From positions 61,940 through 125,939 of IMG/VR virus record IMGVR_UViG_3300044922_000175: 64,000 bases of DNA; one strand, given 5' to 3'. Below the pieces are notes generated by a model. The model was given only the letters and a program-made list of their open reading frames with translations, was not told the origin of the DNA and did no database searches. The position numbers and the translations under genes are program-made. Shown here one piece after another: positions 19,500 through 31,300 of this stretch. The DNA is from a virus. How positions within the stretch are numbered: position 1 is the first letter of the stretch; the number at the start of each line of letters is the position of its first letter.

Positions 19500-20630
19500 T
19501 TAAATGCTATGTTGTGTTTTAAGTGCGTTAAAATTTTCTTGTACTTCTGAAGCTAAAAGAACTCTATTATATACTTTAAGTACAGGAAGAGTCATTGGAA
19601 AGTTTTCTCCAGGAGTTCCTCCAATGTAATGATTGACTTGGGTAGTATTTAAGCCTCCTGAATCTTTTCTGTTTCCATCTACTGTCCTAACAAGCACTCC
19701 ATTTTTATAACACTTAAACTCTCCTGTCCCTGCCTCATGGGTAAATACAAAGTGAATTGTTTCATTAGCAGGAGCAGAATAGTATATACCAGTTGTATAT
19801 CCCCAAGCAGAGTCCCCATAGTTTCCACTATTATTAACTCTTCGTAGAAAATATAAAAGATCTCCAGCCCAATCTCCCCTCATAAATATTGTAAATCCTA
19901 TTCCTCCTACACCATACAATAGATACCTAGACCCAATCAAATTATGAGTATGTCTAAAAACAAACTCTACAGTACAACTATCTGTAGGATAAAATCCTGA
20001 AGAAAGTGTTAAGTAGTCATCTGTTCCATCAAACACTATCTGACCTGAAGAGTCATAAGAAAGATTTGTAAGAGTGATTGTAGTATTACCTGTCAAGTCT
20101 TTTAAAGATTCTGTTGTAGATCTAGTTCCTGCTGTAAATGGACTAACATATGGGCCTGCCTCTATCTGAACATTTCTAACTGTTGGATTTCTTCCTGTGC
20201 CATAAATAGTGTAAGTAGCAAGCATTGCTCTGTTATCTCCAGGAGTATTTGCTTGCCAAGTAGCGTCTGGACCAGAAGGCGTAATATTAGGAAATACAAA
20301 ACGTTGCCACTCTGTTGTTAAAGTTACCCATTGACCTACAAATCCATACTTAGTATATGAACCATTCTGCATATAAACAAGACAGTCTCCAAAAATATTA
20401 CCCTTCATTTCCATAGAAAGAGTATAAGGTATTAAACCATATGTTTCAAAAATTGGGACAAGATTATAATATTGACCAAACTCACCTCTAGACATAACCT
20501 CTGCAGGATTTCCTATTGTAGATATATAATTTACAATAGGCTTGCCTAAATAAGAATTCTTAATGTCCTTTGTGTTAAAAGAGAATGTTAAACCTTGTTT
20601 AACTGTTTTAGGTCCTACTTTAGTTGGCAT
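19500..20630 (-). CDS. LamG/concanavalin-A-like lectin domain protein
   Basis: FDGTDDYL...IHFVFTH...KCYKNG...LKVYNRVLLASEVQENF. The N-terminal module resembles a carbohydrate-binding domain. Confidence 0.8.
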   Translation of the reverse strand: MPTKVGPKTVKQGLTFSFNTKDIKNSYLGKPIVNYISTIGNPAEVMSRGEFGQYYNLVPIFETYGLIPYTLSMEMKGNIFGDCLVYMQNGSYTKYGFVGQWVTLTTEWQRFVFPNITPSGPDATWQANTPGDNRAMLATYTIYGTGRNPTVRNVQIEAGPYVSPFTAGTRSTTESLKDLTGNTTITLTNLSYDSSGQIVFDGTDDYLTLSSGFYPTDSCTVEFVFRHTHNLIGSRYLLYGVGGIGFTIFMRGDWAGDLLYFLRRVNNSGNYGDSAWGYTTGIYYSAPANETIHFVFTHEAGTGEFKCYKNGVLVRTVDGNRKDSGGLNTTQVNHYIGGTPGENFPMTLPVLKVYNRVLLASEVQENFNALKTQHSI

Positions 20631-20644
20631 TGCTTTAGTTGTAT

Positions 20645-21361
20645 TTATACACCATACCGACTACGGTACATGTTAAAAGTCTGTTGTACTTTAGCTAAAT
20701 CATGTGCTTCAAAATAAATCATAAACACACCAATATAACCATTAAAAAATCTCCATCCCCACAAAGAACCTAAAACTCCTTGGTTACCTCCTCCAAAATA
20801 CTGTCCTGTACCAGTATCAGCAGTTAAAGTTCCATTCAAACTATCATTTAAATATAGATTCATAGTAGTAGAACTGTTTCTAACCCATGCAATCTGAGAC
20901 CAAGTATTCAAAGGAACAGAAGAACCTGTACTAACATACTCCCTCCATTCGGTGTAGTATTGGTAAACCCCAATCTTTCCACCCGCTATCTCATATCCTA
21001 AATTCACAGGTCCACCACTATAGTGTGAAAATATTCCTCCCGTAGAAGATATGGGGTATACCCAAGCATAGACGGTACAAATTTCAGGTAAACCTAAAGG
21101 ATTATATGTATTAGCTCCTAAATCATATCTAATCTGATCATTACTACCATCAAAGAAAAATGATCCTGCACCAAGAGAAGAAAACTCAGCACCATTTGTT
21201 AAGTTAGCAGTAGCGTTAATAGAATTATAAGCTGAGTTTACAACAAGATTACTAGCAGAGGTACTACCGTTATAGGATTTTCCTAACACGGGATCTAAGT
21301 AGTATTCACGATTTAAAACAATTCCTGGAATTTTAGGACCATGATGTAGTGCCATATACAA
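20645..21361 (-). CDS. LamG/concanavalin-A-like lectin domain protein
   Basis: FFFDGSNDQI...WSQIAWVR...LYLND...FNGYIG...VQQTFN. Confidence 0.8.
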   Translation of the reverse strand: MYMALHHGPKIPGIVLNREYYLDPVLGKSYNGSTSASNLVVNSAYNSINATANLTNGAEFSSLGAGSFFFDGSNDQIRYDLGANTYNPLGLPEICTVYAWVYPISSTGGIFSHYSGGPVNLGYEIAGGKIGVYQYYTEWREYVSTGSSVPLNTWSQIAWVRNSSTTMNLYLNDSLNGTLTADTGTGQYFGGGNQGVLGSLWGWRFFNGYIGVFMIYFEAHDLAKVQQTFNMYRSRYGV

Positions 21362-21367
21362 ATATAA

Positions 21368-24300
21368 TTATTTATTTTCTAAGGCTTCTAAACGAGCAAG
21401 TAAACTATCTATAGTAGCCTGTTGTTCCTTCATTGCTTCTACCAACAGAGGGATAACTTTGTTGTAAGCCAAGTTTTTGTATCCATCTTCTTGAGTAGTA
21501 ACTGCTTCTGGAAGTACTGCCTCAACATCTTGAGCAATAAGACCTACGTCATGTGTGCCTACTTGCTCACCTGAGTTCCAATCAAATTCTACACCACGTA
21601 GAGACTTAATCTTGTCTACAGGAGTGCTAATAGGAGTGATGTTGTCCTTAAGTCTAGAATCTGAAGGTTGAACAATTGGGTAGTCAAAGTTAACAGTGTT
21701 TGCACCTCTAGGTACATACCACATTCTAGAGTCTGTACCATTCTCTGCTATACGTCTGAACTCAATGTCTTGTCCACCTGCATCTCCAGTTAAGCGTATT
21801 TTAAGTGCTTTCCAACTGGTATCTGCTTGACCTCTTATCAAGAAGTAAGTCAAAGGATCTTGGTTGTAACCTACGTTACCATGAACCTCTAGACCTGTTC
21901 CGTTACCACCTACAATAGTACACAAGTTACCTTCCTGTTCTACTAATGTTTTCCAAGTACTCCAGTTACCATTCCATCCAGTTCTATAAGTACCTTTTCT
22001 AAAAATAGTACCAATGTTACCTGAGTTTTCTGGGAAGTACATTTGCAATAATGGACCACCAGTTTCTCCGTAAGATAAAGCTACACCATAGTCATAGGTA
22101 AGGTTAGGTCTGTTAGCTCCACTGTGTCCTAATGCGTTAGATACAATTAACTTACCACTTACATAGTAACTGTTCCAGTCTTGTCCATAGATGTCACCAA
22201 ACTTAGTAAGTTGTTGTGCTGTAGTAGCACTTCCTGCAGTACTAGCACTACCTGCGGTTGAAGCATAACTAACTGATTGGCTACCTATGTTTCCATTATG
22301 TACAAGTGTTCTCCAAGGTCCTACATCTCCAGGACTAATACTTCTAACAAAGAAGTCTGATTTATTCCAGAAAGCAGTTGCTAATTGAAACTCATACTGG
22401 TTACTTGTTGCACTGTTGTAGTGAGAATTTACAATCAAATGATACCAATCACTTGTTGGCATATTTGACATACCACTTCCGTCATAGAATCCAGAAGATA
22501 GTCCTCCAGCAGAGTTACCCCCAGTATGGTTAGTTGTTCTATAACCAAGTGCGTTTACTCCATTACCTTTAACAAAGTATATTGAATCAGTTCCGTCAAA
22601 TAGTTCTGAGTCCGCAGCTTTTCCTCCTGTAGTTAACCAGCCACCATAGTTACCCAAATCATTACTAAATTGAGATAAAGCTGTTGGTCTTCCAGTTACC
22701 CCTGTCCATGCTACGTTAGTAGCTGTAGCAGCGTTACCTGATATAGATCCAGAAGAAGTAATCCAACCACCATAGTTTCCTAGATCATTAGTGAACTGTG
22801 ATAAGTTTGTAGGTCTGCTAGATACGTTAGTCCAAGCAACACTTCCTGCACTGCCTGTAACATTTATACCCCATGTACCACTTGCTCCACTGCCTGTCAA
22901 TCCAGGAGCATAACTAGTGTAGTTACTACTATCTAGTACTGTTCTCCAAGCTTGCCAAGATCCTGCATTTTTACCACGAATAGCAATCTGACCTGTTCTA
23001 AAGTCACCATAAATTTGGTGAATCCAAGCAGAACTATACGCAGAAGAATAAAGACCTCCATCAGTTTGACCAAACAAACTTACACTTGTATTATAACCTA
23101 TTTGGTTTTGTGTAACACTGTCAGGATTAATTCCATTGCTAGAAGAAGTTAAGGTTAAGCCTCCAACAGTGTTTGCACTACCTGAAGTTGCCGCATATGA
23201 TACTGATTGTGAACCAATGTTTCCTGTATTAATTGCAGATGCAATCGGTTGAGCCCAAGAAGAATAGTTAGAAGAGTCAAGAATAGTTGCATCAGTGCCT
23301 CCATTTGCACCCTTGCCAATATACAACGTACCATTATCCCATCTGATTTGCCAACCATAAGAATTATTATGAAATCCAACAACTCTAGAATCTGTTGCAA
23401 TCATCATAGTCACGTTTCCATTAGTACCAGAATTAAACTCAATACCTTGCCAGCCATTACGAGAACCTGTCATCTGCCAAGAACCATAACTTGCATCGTT
23501 AGGTCTTAAGTGGGCACCATTTGTTGGAGAGTACAATCCATAGATACCATTAAGTTGAATCCAACTTTCAGGAATAAAATAACCACTTGCATTTCTAGTA
23601 GGAATAGTATTAGCACTAGCTCCTACAGATACACTATAACCACCTACAGTTGAAGAGTTACCCCCATTAGCTGGAGCAGATCCTGCTGTAGTGGCATAGC
23701 TTACCGATTGGCTTCCTATATTAGCAGTAGTAATTGCATCTGTAATTCCATAACCACTAATTGTAGTTGGCTTAGATGAAACATTTGCAAATGAAATACC
23801 AGTTATGTATCCACTATTATTAGTAAACTGGGAAATGTTCATACTACTTAAAGAACCAGAAGTACTTGCGTAAGATACACTTTGAGACCCAATAGTAGCT
23901 GCTGTGATTACAATACTATTATTTACTAAAAGATCTTTATTAAAATAGAAATTAGGTCTATCTGTATAAATATGAGCATGATTACTATTTGCAGGACCAA
24001 AGCTAATATTTCCTGAATCCGTTGTAAGACGCATTCCCCAATCTCCTGCCCCACTTAATGTTCCGTTATTGGTAGAAGTTCCAAAACGGATAGCATTCAT
24101 TACAGAAGTAGAAGCAAAATCTCCATAGTACCCAGTATCATTAGAGTCATAAAAAATAGGTGCTCTTAATGAACTTCCAGCCTGTAAGCTATTGTTAACA
24201 TATACATTACCTGCCCCAAGTGGGTCACTTCCATTATTAACAGACATGACTTGTGTAACCATGTCATAGTCAGTATAAAATTTTATACCTTGATAGCCAG

Positions 24301-27300
24301 AATTTGCTCCTAATTTAATTCCTGTATGAAATGCAATCCTTAAATCAGGATAAGGATGATCCCATGATCCACTTTCTCTATATATTCCATATGCACTAGA
24401 TAGATTATTATCAAAGTACATTCCATAAGAATGATCAGTACTTACACTATAATGATTTCTTAAATGATAAGAACTAAGTTTATCAGCGCTGAAATCTTGA
24501 CCAGCTGCACCAGCTTTGTATGCATATCTACCATCTGATTCACTTTCTGTGTAGTATCTGTCATCGTGATTATGTGAAGGTAAAGAAGTAAGGTATCCAG
24601 CGGATGCATGGTTACCCCACCCAAATGCGGTATTCCACTGACTAGAGTTACCGTATCCAGTAGAATATATAAGTCCACTAAAGGTTGCATTACCGTCTGG
24701 AGTCAATGCTAAGGAGTCTATTCTAGTAGCAAAATTCTTTACAAAGAAATTTAAAGAACCTGAAGACCATCCTCCGCAGTTTCCAACGCTTTCTTTTTTA
24801 GCTACAATACCTGCTAAATTTACTGAGTTACTTCCTACAACACATTCATTGGAAGCAAATACCATACTTGCAGTAGTTTGATCTCCTCCGTTATTGTTGA
24901 ATATTACTAAAGATGGAATAGAACCATTTACTCCTGTAGAAGCGTTATCTCTTCTAAGAATAAGACGGGCAGTCCATTGATTAGGATTCTGATAAGTTGC
25001 TCCATCCCACTGAAAGTTACTTTGTCCATTAGATGTGGTACCTCCAATAGATTGGTATCCTACAATACTTAAATTAGTAAGGTTAGAGTTACTATTAGGG
25101 TCAAGATAGTAGTTGGTATCATTTGAATCATAAAAGATAGGAGCACGGAATGAACCAGCAACAGTATTGTTACCACTCATATCCAATACCCAACGATCTG
25201 CAGAAGCAGACCATCCACCAATACGCATTATGTTATCAGAATCTAAACCAAAGTTTACAGCATAGTTTCCTGCTCTATGGAATGACATAAACGCAGCATT
25301 ACCACCTGTAGCATATGCTTGAAGACTAGGACTGTCTAGTCCTCCCAAGTAAGATCCTCTATTACTTCTAAAGTAGAAATAGTTTCCTTCCGTTAATGTA
25401 GTTCCAGACAGAGGTACATAAGAACTTAAGGCAGAAGAAGTAATATAGCCTGGACCATTAGAAAGTTGATTTAAATTAGTTAAATTACCCGAATCCCAAA
25501 CTTGTCTCCAAGCCTGAGAATTATTTATAGCAGTTGCACTAAAACTCCTATAATACATACTTCCATTAGAACTGAATCCTAATTGACTATTATATTCTCC
25601 AGGATGTCTGTTAATATTTAAAAACGCATTGGAGTTATCAGTAGCAGGCATTCCCAGTACTTCAGATCCTGCACTTAATTGCCCTGTGAATATTAACCTA
25701 CTTGTTCCTGGATGTGTATCTGCAGCACCCCCATCACCTAAAAAAGTATTGGTTTCTGTATAACCTGTAATATATCCATTAGGATTACTAGAGTTGTAAG
25801 GAGTATACCCTAAAGCACCTGTTACTTGTCCTGATGTTATTCCTGTTAAGTATCCCGCACTAGCATGATTACCCCAGTTGTAAGCGGCTAGCCAGTTTGC
25901 AGATGTTCCATAATCAGTAGTAGTAATAAGTCCTACAGTCCAAATACCATAACCAATAGCTGTTTGGGTACTACCATTAGCCATAAATAAAGCCTGATGC
26001 CCTAGTCCAGATTTAGATTGTCCACCTACGTTTGTGTGTGTCCATGCTATACCATAAAGAGATCCAGAAGATGTACCATCAGCAGATAACTTGTATGCAT
26101 CACCCATTGCAAACACACCTTGATATCTATCAGAAGCATAAAGACCTACAAGACCGTGCCCATAGTTTTGATTTGTATAAACATTACCGTCAACTGCTAT
26201 ACCTGCAGAAATAGTACTTAACCTCCAGTTTCCTGCATAAAATAAGTCAGTTCCAATATTTCCTGGATTTAATCTAATACCCCAGTTTCCTGTAGAATTA
26301 AGAAGACCAAATCCACTACCATCAAAGTATGCACTATATCCTCTTGTGCTAGAATTTCCATCCCTAACAAGAATTCCTCCTACAGAAGTAGAGTCTGGTT
26401 GAAAATATAAGTAGTTACTGTTATAAGTAACAAAACGAGTACCTCCATTAAAATGAAGTTGACTAACATAGTTAACCTCACGATTCTGCATGTTAAAATT
26501 CCTAGACCAGTTTACATAACTAGTATCATTAGTTAGATAACTAAACAAAGCAGTATCTGTACCTGCATTTCTAGTATACCAAGTAAATGTGTAACTTGAG
26601 TCCCAATACCAATGAGAACCATAATCAGAACCTGCTGATCCACCCTCACCAAAGTAAAAGTGTGCATCACCTGAATCAGTTGCTCCTACTCTAAGGATGT
26701 CATTAATATGTACTTCATCTCCGTTACCATCCCCTAAGTAAGTATTTCCGTAAACACTTAACTGATTGATATTCAATGTACCTAGTCTAGAGGTACCATC
26801 CATATTTAGGTAGTAGTTATTATTATCACGGTCGACCAGAGTGTATGTATACAATGTATTATTGAAGTACATATCACCACTTACAATAAAGTAATTACTA
26901 CTATTCCACATAATTCTTCCCCCACTATCTTGACCAGTAGAAGTTACAAAATCAATGTAAGATCCGTTTCCTCCAAATAATTGTAATTGAGCATAGTTAT
27001 CAGCTAGGTTAAAGCCCATACCCTTATTAGTCAAAGAGTATCTAGAACCTGCTACACTTCTGTCTCCTACATAGAATGGGAAGTTTGCATCTACTGTATC
27101 ACTATTGATAGCAATTTTACTATCTGAAATTGTAATAGAGTTAGATCCGTATTTACCAATATTAACTCTATTGTCAGCAAAAGCCTCAATTACAGGAAGA
27201 CCTGCAATTGTATTTACTGAAAAAAGAGAATCACTTAAGTCATCTGTTACTGTAAATAAACGTCCATTTACTCCGTCTACTGCTAATACATCTAAACCAC

Positions 27301-28339
27301 TAGTTGTACCAGTAACATATAATGGTACAGAACTTGGAGAAACTACAGCCTCTCCTTCACCAATTGAAAGAGATTTTGCAATAACCATTCTACCATCTGT
27401 CGTAAGAGATGCAGCACCTTGATTATCATTATGAGCTTCATCCCCCCACCAGAATCCTCTACCACTATTGTTATTCATTTGAAATGACATAGCATACTCA
27501 TCAGTACCCAAATGACCATAGTCATAGCCACTTTTCATACCAATAGTATAAGTACCGCTATCCCAAACTCTTAACTTATCTCTTGTTTGGTTACTATTAT
27601 AACCAACAAACCCTACTGCTTCAATGTTTAGTACACGTGATGTACTGTTAGGATCTAGATAATATCCAGTATCAGCAGAGTCATAAAAAATTGGAGCACG
27701 CATAGATTGATCGCTATGCCAACTACCGTCACTTGCAGCCCATGATCCCCATGTGTTAGATGTACTCAAGAAACCAACTCTACCAGAATTACAGTGAATT
27801 CTTCTATTACCCTCATCTGTATCTACCATATAGATATCAGATGATGTGGTATTTCCGATAGTTAAAGACATTCCATATACTCTTACATTCTTTGAAGAAT
27901 CAACTTGTAGACCCCAGTTACCGTCATTAGTTAAGAAACCAATTTCATTTGAGGTGTTTGCGTATATATAACCTCGCAATGCACTTACGTGACCACCTGT
28001 GTAGAATCTAATACCGGAATGTGATGTAGTACTTGACATATCCCAGTATCCATTTGAATTTGAGGACAAGTGCTGTGTGGTACTCTCATTATAGAGACCT
28101 GTATTAGAGTTATCATTTCTAAACCATGCAGTAGTATAAGTATTTGAAAACCTTACAGTACTTGAGGTAGATACTCTTTGATTCTCTAAAGGTTGAAATC
28201 TTCCATCAGACTCAGTCTCAGTAAAATACCTGTCATCATGATTATGAGACGGAAGACTAGTTAAAGCATAACTCCCGATGTTACCTGTGTGTATAGACTG
28301 GTAACCGCCTATTGTGGTATTGGATAATAAATTAGCCAT
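21368..28339 (-). CDS. Long tail fibre / receptor-binding protein with C-terminal peptidase S74 chaperone
   Basis: 2323 aa of Gly/Ser/Asn-rich fibre repeats. The C-terminus SDSRLKDNI...LRGVEFDWN...GLIAQDVEAVLPEAV...L.EAMKEQQ is the S74 intramolecular chaperone pattern. Confidence 0.9.
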   Translation of the reverse strand: MANLLSNTTIGGYQSIHTGNIGSYALTSLPSHNHDDRYFTETESDGRFQPLENQRVSTSSTVRFSNTYTTAWFRNDNSNTGLYNESTTQHLSSNSNGYWDMSSTTSHSGIRFYTGGHVSALRGYIYANTSNEIGFLTNDGNWGLQVDSSKNVRVYGMSLTIGNTTSSDIYMVDTDEGNRRIHCNSGRVGFLSTSNTWGSWAASDGSWHSDQSMRAPIFYDSADTGYYLDPNSTSRVLNIEAVGFVGYNSNQTRDKLRVWDSGTYTIGMKSGYDYGHLGTDEYAMSFQMNNNSGRGFWWGDEAHNDNQGAASLTTDGRMVIAKSLSIGEGEAVVSPSSVPLYVTGTTSGLDVLAVDGVNGRLFTVTDDLSDSLFSVNTIAGLPVIEAFADNRVNIGKYGSNSITISDSKIAINSDTVDANFPFYVGDRSVAGSRYSLTNKGMGFNLADNYAQLQLFGGNGSYIDFVTSTGQDSGGRIMWNSSNYFIVSGDMYFNNTLYTYTLVDRDNNNYYLNMDGTSRLGTLNINQLSVYGNTYLGDGNGDEVHINDILRVGATDSGDAHFYFGEGGSAGSDYGSHWYWDSSYTFTWYTRNAGTDTALFSYLTNDTSYVNWSRNFNMQNREVNYVSQLHFNGGTRFVTYNSNYLYFQPDSTSVGGILVRDGNSSTRGYSAYFDGSGFGLLNSTGNWGIRLNPGNIGTDLFYAGNWRLSTISAGIAVDGNVYTNQNYGHGLVGLYASDRYQGVFAMGDAYKLSADGTSSGSLYGIAWTHTNVGGQSKSGLGHQALFMANGSTQTAIGYGIWTVGLITTTDYGTSANWLAAYNWGNHASAGYLTGITSGQVTGALGYTPYNSSNPNGYITGYTETNTFLGDGGAADTHPGTSRLIFTGQLSAGSEVLGMPATDNSNAFLNINRHPGEYNSQLGFSSNGSMYYRSFSATAINNSQAWRQVWDSGNLTNLNQLSNGPGYITSSALSSYVPLSGTTLTEGNYFYFRSNRGSYLGGLDSPSLQAYATGGNAAFMSFHRAGNYAVNFGLDSDNIMRIGGWSASADRWVLDMSGNNTVAGSFRAPIFYDSNDTNYYLDPNSNSNLTNLSIVGYQSIGGTTSNGQSNFQWDGATYQNPNQWTARLILRRDNASTGVNGSIPSLVIFNNNGGDQTTASMVFASNECVVGSNSVNLAGIVAKKESVGNCGGWSSGSLNFFVKNFATRIDSLALTPDGNATFSGLIYSTGYGNSSQWNTAFGWGNHASAGYLTSLPSHNHDDRYYTESESDGRYAYKAGAAGQDFSADKLSSYHLRNHYSVSTDHSYGMYFDNNLSSAYGIYRESGSWDHPYPDLRIAFHTGIKLGANSGYQGIKFYTDYDMVTQVMSVNNGSDPLGAGNVYVNNSLQAGSSLRAPIFYDSNDTGYYGDFASTSVMNAIRFGTSTNNGTLSGAGDWGMRLTTDSGNISFGPANSNHAHIYTDRPNFYFNKDLLVNNSIVITAATIGSQSVSYASTSGSLSSMNISQFTNNSGYITGISFANVSSKPTTISGYGITDAITTANIGSQSVSYATTAGSAPANGGNSSTVGGYSVSVGASANTIPTRNASGYFIPESWIQLNGIYGLYSPTNGAHLRPNDASYGSWQMTGSRNGWQGIEFNSGTNGNVTMMIATDSRVVGFHNNSYGWQIRWDNGTLYIGKGANGGTDATILDSSNYSSWAQPIASAINTGNIGSQSVSYAATSGSANTVGGLTLTSSSNGINPDSVTQNQIGYNTSVSLFGQTDGGLYSSAYSSAWIHQIYGDFRTGQIAIRGKNAGSWQAWRTVLDSSNYTSYAPGLTGSGASGTWGINVTGSAGSVAWTNVSSRPTNLSQFTNDLGNYGGWITSSGSISGNAATATNVAWTGVTGRPTALSQFSNDLGNYGGWLTTGGKAADSELFDGTDSIYFVKGNGVNALGYRTTNHTGGNSAGGLSSGFYDGSGMSNMPTSDWYHLIVNSHYNSATSNQYEFQLATAFWNKSDFFVRSISPGDVGPWRTLVHNGNIGSQSVSYASTAGSASTAGSATTAQQLTKFGDIYGQDWNSYYVSGKLIVSNALGHSGANRPNLTYDYGVALSYGETGGPLLQMYFPENSGNIGTIFRKGTYRTGWNGNWSTWKTLVEQEGNLCTIVGGNGTGLEVHGNVGYNQDPLTYFLIRGQADTSWKALKIRLTGDAGGQDIEFRRIAENGTDSRMWYVPRGANTVNFDYPIVQPSDSRLKDNITPISTPVDKIKSLRGVEFDWNSGEQVGTHDVGLIAQDVEAVLPEAVTTQEDGYKNLAYNKVIPLLVEAMKEQQATIDSLLARLEALENK

Positions 28340-31300
28340 TTATCTTTTTGTTTAATTCTTGAACTTGATTTGTTAATTCTTTTACTGCACCGATAAGAGC
28401 AGCAGTTAAGCGTGAGTAGTGAACCCCTATAGGTTCTCCGTTCTCATCGTATTGTACAAACTCTGGGTATACTTCTGCCACTTCTTCTGCAATAAGTCCT
28501 AACTCCATAGTCTGAGACCCAATCTTATTATAAGTGACTGGTCTCAAATTTACTACCTTTTCCAAATTTCCCTCGCTAGTTTCTACATTTTCTTTTAGTT
28601 TAATAGAAGAGTTTTCTGTGATAGTTCCGTTAACTATTAAACTATTGTATATAGTGTGTACTCCAGCACCGTCTATTCTCCAAGCAAATCCAGATCCTCC
28701 TCCGTCACTCTTGTAAACATAAAACTCTCCATCTCTACCTACTACTTCCCATTTATTATTTGCAGCAGCGTCTTGGAATTGAATAATATTTCCAGAGCCC
28801 CTAATATACATTACTCTACTAGAACCATCATTTGTAAGAATTGCGTGAGTAGCGTTTACCTGTCCAATATTAATGACATTGTTGCCATTCATATTGATAC
28901 TACCACTCATTGTACCTCCAGCAAGAGGAAGCTTAGCAGCAATACTATTAGTTACTGTGGTAGCAAAGTTTGAATCATCTCCTAATGCAGCAGCCAATTC
29001 GTCTAGTGTATCTAATACTCCTGGTGCTCCTGCAATTAAGTTGTTGATTTGAGTAGTTACATAAGATGTAGTAGCATACCCAGAAGAAGCGTGATTACCC
29101 CATCCAAAGGCTGTGTTCCAATTAGTGCTATTGCCACCAGTTGCTGTAATTACTCCAGTAGATTCAAGTGCCGCATCAAATCTAAACTGACTTCCGTTAT
29201 AGCGAAGATTATTACTAGTATACCCACCTCTATGAAAGTTGATTACAATATTTCCAGCATCACTATTCTCAAGACTAAATGTGTGATCGCTATTAGGCCA
29301 AGAACCATCAATAGTTCCAATATTTCTAAATACTTTTAATCCCGCAAGTGCTGAATTATATATATCATTTCTTACAAATACTGACGCTTGTAGACCATCG
29401 AGCAGATCAGCATCTAATCCACTTCCACTTCCATCATTACCTGCGTGCCATACTGTACTTCCGCTTACTTGAAAACCTCCATCTGCTCTCATTAATCCTG
29501 GAGTGTATACACCAGAACCATAATCTCCACTTTGGTTAAGTCTTAGCCAAGAATCGGTTGAATCAATTGTATTTTTTCCTCTTAGATTTACTCCATTAGC
29601 AGTCAATGCCATATGCTCGTATGAGCCATAACCTTCATTATTAAATATAAAAGTCTGAGCATTAAACTTATGGGTAGACCCACTTGCGTATGTTCTAGTA
29701 GTCCAGGCTCCTATATTTCCTGTGGTGTGTCCAAAATATATAAAGTTACTTCCTACAATACCTAAAGCACCATTAACATCTAATTTAACTTGAGGAGTGC
29801 TAGTTCCAATACCCACATTCCCTGATATAATAGCTCCACCACTAGGAGGAGTTGCTCCTCCATATCCTACAGTAAGTCCTCCATCAGTTCCTAATAGTCC
29901 TGTTTGAGTCCAGATAGATTTATAGTTTACAGTTCTAATCCAAGAAGAATCTTGCATGTAGAATCCACCACCATAACTAGGGAAATAAAGTGCTGAAGTT
30001 CCACTAATATGTAAGTTCTGACTTGTACTTAGACCACTTGCACCAATAGAAACCTGAACATTATTAGAACTATCTCTAAAGTACATATTTCTCCAAAGAG
30101 AGTTATCTTGTGCTTTATTGATAATTCCTAATTCATATTGGCCAGGTCTACCCATTACATATTCCCACTGAGAAAACCAAGTAGCAACTGAAGAGCCTGA
30201 GTTAATAGTAATCTCTATTTCAACCATATAGTTGCCACCAGGAACGTTACCTCTCCAAACGGCATAAGAAGCATTATTAGCTACGTTAGTCCATCCTGAT
30301 ATATTTTCCCAGGTTCCATTTTGCCGTCTTACTCTTCCTGAAACAGATGCAGGAATTTGTACGTAATAGAAAGAAAGATATACGTAACCTTCTGTATAGG
30401 TAATTCCAGAAGAACCATTTCCCTTTGTATTTAATACAATAGAATAAGTACGAGAAGTATTTACTGGAATAATATCTACCCACTGGTCATAGTTAAGATT
30501 AAAAGGACTGTTAGTATTCCAAGCTACTCCATCCTTAAATACCTCAAATCTATCTGCTGCACTGTAAAGAACGTTATCAACTAAGTTAGACTTAATACCA
30601 TACTGACCAAATACAGGACTAGTCCAAGAATAAGAACCTGGACCAAAATATCCACTATTGTTAGTGAATTGTGATATGTTCATGGAAGTCAATGCACCAG
30701 CAGTAGCTGCATAACCAGCACTGTTTGCGTAATTTACTGATCCCGAACTTGTTACGTAGCCAGCTGAAGCATGGTTGCCCCAAGAGTAAGCGGTGTTCCA
30801 ATTTGAAGAATTGTACCCAGATGCACTAAATGTTCCTGTAACAGATAAATTACCAGAAGCATCTAATTGCATTACTTGGTCAGAACTAGTCTGAGAAGTG
30901 GTCTTGTACCATCTATGATGACCACCTGTATAGTAAGAAACAGTATCTGAATGTATACCAAAACCACCAATCCAACTACCACCATTATCATGCATAACAA
31001 TTTTGTTAGGTCCACGATTGGTATCACTGTGTAAGTTATCAAACTTCAACTGAGAAAAATCTCCAAAAGGTTGACTAGAAGAAGTACTAGCAGCACTTCC
31101 AATTGTTATATCTCCAGATGGAACTAAAACATTTGTAGAGGCAGCAAGACTTACAAGATTAGTTGCATAACCAGCAATTGTGTCTACAAATAAAACCCCA
31201 GATTGTATGTATGTATTTCCTACTACGTGTAATTTAGCTCCAGGACTAGTAGTGCCAATACCTATGTTTGTTCCATTATCATATATAATAGAATCATCTA

